Below are positions 58,442 through 64,000 of a DNA stretch of 64,000 nt, in pieces. Where the stretch lies: the NCBI GenBank assembly GCA_028714495.1, contig JAQTMH010000004.1:64232-128231 (forward strand). Direction: 5' to 3'. The translations under genes were made by a program, and so were the position numbers. The notes below the pieces were generated by a model. It was not told the origin of the DNA. It saw only the letters and a list, made by a program, of their open reading frames with translations, and ran no database searches. The DNA comes from Patescibacteria group bacterium. GTDB lineage: Bacteria; Patescibacteriota; Patescibacteriia; JAHIZJ01. The stretch's first letter is position 1, and every line of letters starts with the position of its first letter.

Positions 58442-59236
58442 ATGTCAAAAAAATCAATCTCCGAACTGTTTAATTTAAGCGGCCAGACTGCCGTGGTCAC
58501 TGGCGGGGCCATGGGGATCGGTTTCGGCATCGTTAAGCGTTTGCATGAGGCCGGAGCCAACGTTGTCATCGCCGATTTGGCCGAAAAGGAAGGCCAGCAG
58601 AAAATCGAGCAACTAGGTGAGCGGGCGCTTTTTATAAAAACTGATGTCAGTAGTGAGGCTGACGTGAAAAAATTAATCAGCGCCACGGTTGAGAAATTCG
58701 GCGGATTGGACATTTTCGTTAATAACGCTGGGATTTACCCTTCCGCATCGGCGCTGACTATGGACGTTCAGCTATGGGACAAAGTACAGGCAGTGAACAT
58801 GCGCAGCGTGTTTCTGTGTTGCCGGGAAGCGGCTGGGGTAATGGTCAAAAAAGGAAAGGGCAATATTATCAATATTGCTTCGATTGACGCCTTGCATCCG
58901 AGCCAGATCGGCTTGGCCGCTTATGACGCTTCAAAACACGGTGTGTGGGGGTTTACTAAGAATTTTGCCCTGGAATTAGGTAAGCAGGGTGTGCGAATTA
59001 ACGCCGTTGCTCCAGGCGGCATAGCCACCGAGGGCGTGGCCAAGATGAGTGAGCCGGCTGCCGCTGCCAGTATTGACATGAAAGAAATGACTAAGCAGTT
59101 CTTGGCAAAGATACCGCTTGGCCGCATGGGCGAGCCGGATGAAATTGGTACGGTTGTCTTATTTCTTGCCAGTGATGCGTCTTCATACATGACTGGCTCA
59201 ATGATTGTTGTTGATGGAGGAGCGTTATTGGCGTAG
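58442..59236 (+). CDS. short-chain dehydrogenase/reductase (SDR) family oxidoreductase
   Basis: TGGAMGIGFG cofactor motif, NNAG, and catalytic YDASKHG (YxxxK). Confidence 0.85.
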   Translation: MSKKSISELFNLSGQTAVVTGGAMGIGFGIVKRLHEAGANVVIADLAEKEGQQKIEQLGERALFIKTDVSSEADVKKLISATVEKFGGLDIFVNNAGIYPSASALTMDVQLWDKVQAVNMRSVFLCCREAAGVMVKKGKGNIINIASIDALHPSQIGLAAYDASKHGVWGFTKNFALELGKQGVRINAVAPGGIATEGVAKMSEPAAAASIDMKEMTKQFLAKIPLGRMGEPDEIGTVVLFLASDASSYMTGSMIVVDGGALLA

Positions 59237-59399
59237 ATCGGCAACCAATAACGATATGAATGGCTTGAGATTCCAAACCATCCCGTATTTTGTAGTGGTT
59301 AGCTTGAAGACTTGGAAATCATCCGGGGCGGCTCGCGGAGCAGAGGGTTTTTATATTTATGCAATGGTGTTGGGGGATAAAGCATGCTAAAATTAGTCA

Positions 59400-59999
59400 A
59401 TGATTATTGGCATTAGTATAAAACTGGTGTGCGCTGTTCTGGCCGGTTCTATCGCGGTAGTCGCGGGGTTCTGGCCGTATATTCGTGATATCTATCGGCA
59501 CAAAACAAAACCCCACGCATACACTTGGCTGATTTGGACTATTACCCAGGGTACTGTGTTCGTGGGTTTGTTACTGGGCAACGGCGGCTGGGCAACATGG
59601 GCCATGGCTTTAGGTGTGAGTATAAATATAATTGTTCTAACGCTTTCCTTGCGTTATGGTACGCGGAACATCACCCGGGGGGATTCGATTATTCTGATTG
59701 CCGCCTTATTGGCAATAGTGGTATGGTGGCAGTTGCGTAATCCGCTGCTGGCGTTGATAATGGTATCGCTGATAGATATCATGGGGTATATCCCAAGTTT
59801 CAGAAAAACATACAAAGAGCCATGGTCAGAAACCGCGCTATCCTGGGCAATTTTCACCATAACAAACACACTGACGATTTTTGCGCTCAGTGAATATAAC
59901 TTTATGACGATGGCTTATCTAGTTTCTATTACTACGGCTAATCTGACGCTTCTGTTGATTTGTTTGATCCGAAGACGGGTCATCTCGGATCCGGGATAA
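59400..59999 (+). CDS. hypothetical polytopic membrane protein
   Basis: 199 aa, about 6 TM. Confidence 0.5.
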   Translation: MIIGISIKLVCAVLAGSIAVVAGFWPYIRDIYRHKTKPHAYTWLIWTITQGTVFVGLLLGNGGWATWAMALGVSINIIVLTLSLRYGTRNITRGDSIILIAALLAIVVWWQLRNPLLALIMVSLIDIMGYIPSFRKTYKEPWSETALSWAIFTITNTLTIFALSEYNFMTMAYLVSITTANLTLLLICLIRRRVISDPG

Positions 60000-60125
60000 C
60001 CTGCCCGATTTTGCCAACGAGGCAAACTTGCTGGAAGGCGGGCTTTGGGAGCTGGGTGCTGAAGCAGGACATGGAGACGAAATAAAAGTCGTCTTCTTTT
60101 ATGATTCCTAAATTTCAAACTCGTA

Positions 60126-60692
60126 TTAGTTCTTGAGCTGCTTAATTTCTTTTTTCAGTTCCACCATCTTTAGTTCCCGTCCAACCATCAGTTTGTTCAG
60201 CTTTGATAGTTCATCAACGCGAGCCTCAAGTTCGGCTGTTTTCTCGGCAATGCCTTTTTCAAGATTTTTAGTATAATCGGCCAACTTTTTTTCAATCGTC
60301 TTTTTTAACGTGATATCTTCGATGGCCAATAAAATCTGTTGCGTCGCATCCAACTGTCTGGCATTTAGTATCATTATTTTCAGTCCAATATTAGGAAATT
60401 CATGGGTAACCTCAAAATCGTTGAGAGATTTTTTCTGCGGTAGAATATTCTCCAATAGCCGGCGAAGCTCGGGAATATTCCACTGGCCATTTCCTAAATC
60501 ATAAATGAGTTGATTCTCCGTTCCTTCTTTGGCTACTTGGAATATTTTGTAGAAAGCGGTATTTGCCGCGACTACTCGAAGGTCAGGGTTAAGAATTAGA
60601 AACGGCTCTCTGGCCGTATTGCAGAAACTGCTGATGTAGTACAAAGCAGTCTCTCTGTCTGATTTTTTCGGAGTCCCCTCCTTTTTTTTCAT
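60126..60692 (-). CDS. PAS-domain protein with C-terminal coiled coil
   Basis: PAS-like N-domain (FLILNPDLRVVAANTAFYKIF) followed by a coiled-coil tail. Confidence 0.55.
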   Translation of the reverse strand: MKKKEGTPKKSDRETALYYISSFCNTAREPFLILNPDLRVVAANTAFYKIFQVAKEGTENQLIYDLGNGQWNIPELRRLLENILPQKKSLNDFEVTHEFPNIGLKIMILNARQLDATQQILLAIEDITLKKTIEKKLADYTKNLEKGIAEKTAELEARVDELSKLNKLMVGRELKMVELKKEIKQLKN

Positions 60693-61328
60693 AAAATTCC
60701 CCTCCTATATTTAATATTTAATAGTTTTAACGAATAATTATTGATTCATACTAATAAAATTACGTATCATTTCCAGGCAGCTGGCAGTATTTATTTACAA
60801 TCCCATCGATTACGCGAGTTATGGAATGGATTTTTATGTCTTTTATATGAACGATGCTCTATTTTTAATATTAAAACAAAGAAAATTTATGTCAATAATG
60901 GAGATGTGCCTCATGTCGTATGCCCGCAAATCAATGGTTTTTTACTGCGAACGCGAGGATGGCCACGGAGATTGCGTCGAGCATTTATAGCATCTAAAAG
61001 AAAAAAACGTGAAGATTCGCTGGGGAATCAAGTAGCATAGTCATTGCTATTTGATAGATTTGAATATATATTGTATAATAAAGAGTATCAAAGTCTGTTA
61101 TATTTTTATGAAACGGGGGGACATAAAAATAAGCCGAAGTATCTGTATTTATGCTCAATCAGTAAGGAGGGCAGATAGCTTTTCAGATTTTCTTATTTTG
61201 AAACACCTCATTGTTTAAAGTCGACAATGAGTTTTTTATTTTTTGGAAACTAGCTGTTTGATTGAGTTTTATACACTCATCTTAAACCATTGGTTTTATC
61301 TACTGGAAGTATCCAATTAAATATCAAT

Positions 61329-63824
61329 ATGCGTAAGTGGAGATGGGGCGCCCTTCTTGTTCTGGTCGTTGGTTTTATTGTTTTCGCGCTTTACGCGGGG
61401 AGCGAGGCTTTAGCGGCCGATGAAGCTAAAACGATCAGAGTAGGAATTTACGACAACAAACCAAAAGTTTACCTCGATGACAATGGTGTGGCCGCCGGCC
61501 TTTTCCCGGACATTTTAAATTATATTTCGGAAAAGGAAAACTGGCAGTTAGAATACGTTTTTGGAACCTGGGAAGAGGGCTTAACTCGTCTTGAGAATGG
61601 CGAGATCGACGTGATGGTGGACATGGCGCTTTCAGAAGAGAGACAGGAAAGATACGATTTCACAAATGAGACCATATTCAGCAGCTGGGGGATAGTTTTT
61701 GTTCGCAAAAATTCCACTATAAAATCCTTTCAGGATCTTGATGGTAAGAAAATCGCGGTTTTGGAATCAAGCGTTTATTATGGCGGATCAGAGGGAATTG
61801 ACCGGTATTTGAAAGCCTTTGATTTGAAAGCGGAATTAATTACTGTTTCTAAACAAGCCGATGTCTTTGATATATTAAATCAAGGAGAAGTTGATGCGGG
61901 CGTGGTAAGCCGGGTTTTTGCCTTGATTAACCAAAAAGATTACCCAGAAATAAAACAGACGGATCTATTTTTCAGTCCCACGGAATTGCGATTTGCCCTT
62001 ACGAAAGGCAAGACCGACAATCAATATTTAATTGAAAGACTGGATTACTGGGTGAAAGAACTGAAAGAAGGTTATGACGGCGCTTATCAGCAGATGTTGA
62101 AGCGTCATGGTTTGACGGGGATAGCTAATGGCAAAGAGGTGGTTCCCAGGTGGATTTTTATTACGGTATTCGCGGGCGCGTTATTTTTACTATTATCGTG
62201 GCTGATTATCGCCAGGTTGCGGCGCGCGAGAATGATCGCCCTCCGGGAGCTGAAAGAGAGCGAGCAATTTCATAAAGCGCTTGTCGAAGCGGCGGACCGG
62301 GCGGGAATAGGCATTGTCATTCTACAGAACGTCAAGGACAGAGAAGCGGCGATAGTATCGGTTAACGATCAGGCGTGCAGCATATCAGGCTATTCGCGAG
62401 AGGAGTCGCTGAAGATGTCTATTCAAGACGTTATACCTGCCGATATTATCAAGCAGATCATGACAAGATACAGGAGCAGGCAGCGGGGCAGTCCTGCGCC
62501 GTATTCCTATGAAACAGCGATTGCGCGTAAAGACAAAACGAAGGTTCCTATAATAATCAGTCTCGCTATAATGAAGCTTCATGGCAAGACGGCCACGGTT
62601 GTGTATTTCAGAGATATTACAGAAAGTAAAAAATCCGAAGAGGAGATTAAAAAACACGAGAACGAACTAGAAAAATCCCAGGAAGCTCTTATGAACGTGT
62701 TGGAGGATTTGCGTATCGAAAAAAACAGACTGGAAGAGGCAAGGGTCAAAGATGAAGCAATTTTAGGAAGTATTGCCGATGGGGTTATTGTTGTTAACAA
62801 GGACAGCAAGATAATTCTTATGAATCAGGCCGCTGAAAAAATGCTAGGCTGGAAAAGAGAAGCGGCATTGGGCAGACCATGGTTTGAAATTTTACAGCGG
62901 GAAGACGAAAAAGGTCGTTCCGTATCCCCAGAAACAGGAGCCATCCAGGTGGCGCTCTCAAAAGAAAAAGTTACCGCCGCCGACTCTTATTATTACGTCC
63001 GCAAGAACAAAACAAGATTTGCCGCATTTAGAACGGTATCTCCCATTATTATGGGTAAGAAAGTAATCGGCGCCATAAATGTTTTCCGCGACGTTACGCA
63101 TGAAAGGGAGATTGACAAGATGAAAGACGAATTTTTAATCGTCGTTTCTCATGAATTGCGGACTCCGATGACGGCAATCATGGGCAATATTGATATGGTT
63201 TTGAAAGGCCAGGCTGGCCCGATTAGTGAAGAGGTCAGGGAATATCTGAAAGACGTAGCCATTGCTTCTGATCGGCTGATCAATCTGGTCAATGACATGC
63301 TCAATGTTTCCCGTATTGAAGCTGGCAGTTCAAAATTTATTCCCAAGCCGGTGGATATTTCTGTCTTGATACGATCTGTGATTAAAAATTTTGAGACCCT
63401 TGCTAGAGAAAAGAAACTCGTCTTGAAATATAAACCGGGAAGGAATTTGCCGTCAGTATTTGCCGACCCGGATAAAGTAGTCCAAATACTGAATAATATC
63501 ATCAGCAACGCGATCAGGTTCACCCCAAAAGGGTCAGTGGGCGTCACAACCGATTATCAACGCGACATGGTTATTGTCCACGTCAAAGATACGGGTATCG
63601 GTATTTCCGAGGAAGATAAGGAAAAATTATTTAAAAAATTTACCCAACTTGATTCCAGTATGGCGAGAGAAACAAAGGGGACCGGACTGGGTCTTTATGT
63701 CAGCAGGCAAATTGTCCAGCAAATGAAGGGAGATATTTGGATGGACAGCGATGGTTTAGACAAGGGGTCGACCTTCAGTTTTTCCCTGCCGATTGCTGGC
63801 AGCAAAAAGCCAAGAAAAAAGTGA
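61329..63824 (+). CDS. sensor histidine kinase with periplasmic solute-binding (SBP_bac_3-like) domain, PAS domains, HisKA and HATPase
   Basis: H-box VSHELRTPMTAI. N, G1 and G2 boxes in the C-terminus (GTGLGL). Periplasmic domain lies between two TM segments. Start taken at MRKWRWG. Confidence 0.8.
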   Translation: MRKWRWGALLVLVVGFIVFALYAGSEALAADEAKTIRVGIYDNKPKVYLDDNGVAAGLFPDILNYISEKENWQLEYVFGTWEEGLTRLENGEIDVMVDMALSEERQERYDFTNETIFSSWGIVFVRKNSTIKSFQDLDGKKIAVLESSVYYGGSEGIDRYLKAFDLKAELITVSKQADVFDILNQGEVDAGVVSRVFALINQKDYPEIKQTDLFFSPTELRFALTKGKTDNQYLIERLDYWVKELKEGYDGAYQQMLKRHGLTGIANGKEVVPRWIFITVFAGALFLLLSWLIIARLRRARMIALRELKESEQFHKALVEAADRAGIGIVILQNVKDREAAIVSVNDQACSISGYSREESLKMSIQDVIPADIIKQIMTRYRSRQRGSPAPYSYETAIARKDKTKVPIIISLAIMKLHGKTATVVYFRDITESKKSEEEIKKHENELEKSQEALMNVLEDLRIEKNRLEEARVKDEAILGSIADGVIVVNKDSKIILMNQAAEKMLGWKREAALGRPWFEILQREDEKGRSVSPETGAIQVALSKEKVTAADSYYYVRKNKTRFAAFRTVSPIIMGKKVIGAINVFRDVTHEREIDKMKDEFLIVVSHELRTPMTAIMGNIDMVLKGQAGPISEEVREYLKDVAIASDRLINLVNDMLNVSRIEAGSSKFIPKPVDISVLIRSVIKNFETLAREKKLVLKYKPGRNLPSVFADPDKVVQILNNIISNAIRFTPKGSVGVTTDYQRDMVIVHVKDTGIGISEEDKEKLFKKFTQLDSSMARETKGTGLGLYVSRQIVQQMKGDIWMDSDGLDKGSTFSFSLPIAGSKKPRKK

Positions 63825-63856
63825 TATATTAAGCAGGAGAGTGAGTGACTAACCAT

Positions 63857-64000
63857 ATGAAAAAAATTTTACTTATTGAAGACGAGGCCCTAATGCGGAG
63901 AATGTTCCAGCGAATCCTTACCAAGAAAGACGGCTTTCAATTGACAACGGCTACGAGCGGCGAGGAAGGGCTAAAAATGATCAAGAAAGAAAAACCCGAT
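63857..64000 (+). CDS. response regulator receiver domain (partial, runs off window)
   Basis: MKKILLIEDEALMRRMF... CheY-like N-terminus. Confidence 0.7.
   Translation, partial: MKKILLIEDEALMRRMFQRILTKKDGFQLTTATSGEEGLKMIKKEKPD

Overview
This 64-kb window is a moderately low-GC bacterial chromosome segment with compact gene organisation and a CPR/Patescibacteria-like character. It carries a giant FG-GAP/VCBS surface protein, a bacterial Elp3 homologue, tandem PGM/PMM paralogues, many small membrane proteins and abundant intergenic hairpin repeats. Recognisable housekeeping genes include groES-groEL with a CIRCE operator, uvrA, uvrC, truD, dnaG-rpoD, trpS, murI, ppsA, RNase J, secG and tRNA-Leu, tRNA-Ser and tRNA-Asn. 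Several accessory and unusual features are superimposed on this backbone.

- tRNA-Asn(GUU) is interrupted in its anticodon loop by a 224-nt group I intron that shows P1 pairing with the IGS, R and S core elements, and an omega-G. A free-standing HNH endonuclease gene lies immediately upstream.
- A roughly 1.3-kb GC-rich element is inserted at the 3' end of the elp3-like gene, bounded by 87-bp direct repeats. It displaces the original 3' end as a frameshifted pseudogene and carries an NPPY-motif protein.
- A REP-like GC-rich hairpin family occurs with a truncated RAYT (IS200-like HUH transposase) pseudogene that is itself interrupted by a REP.
- An AT-rich gene with a C-terminal HEPN (R-x4-H) motif, resembling abortive-infection RNases, lies in an island downstream of tRNA-Ser.
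- A 112-nt hairpin element is present twice, at 1944 and 48881. The first copy is separated from its 3' flank by a 755-bp ORF-less insert that contains a consensus sigma70 promoter, an 11-codon micro-ORF and terminators.
- A conserved structured leader, or alternatively a MITE, occurs twice upstream of metabolic genes.
- At least seven GC-rich singleton ORFs, each with a strong Shine-Dalgarno sequence, are scattered through the window.

No CRISPR array and no rRNA were found.
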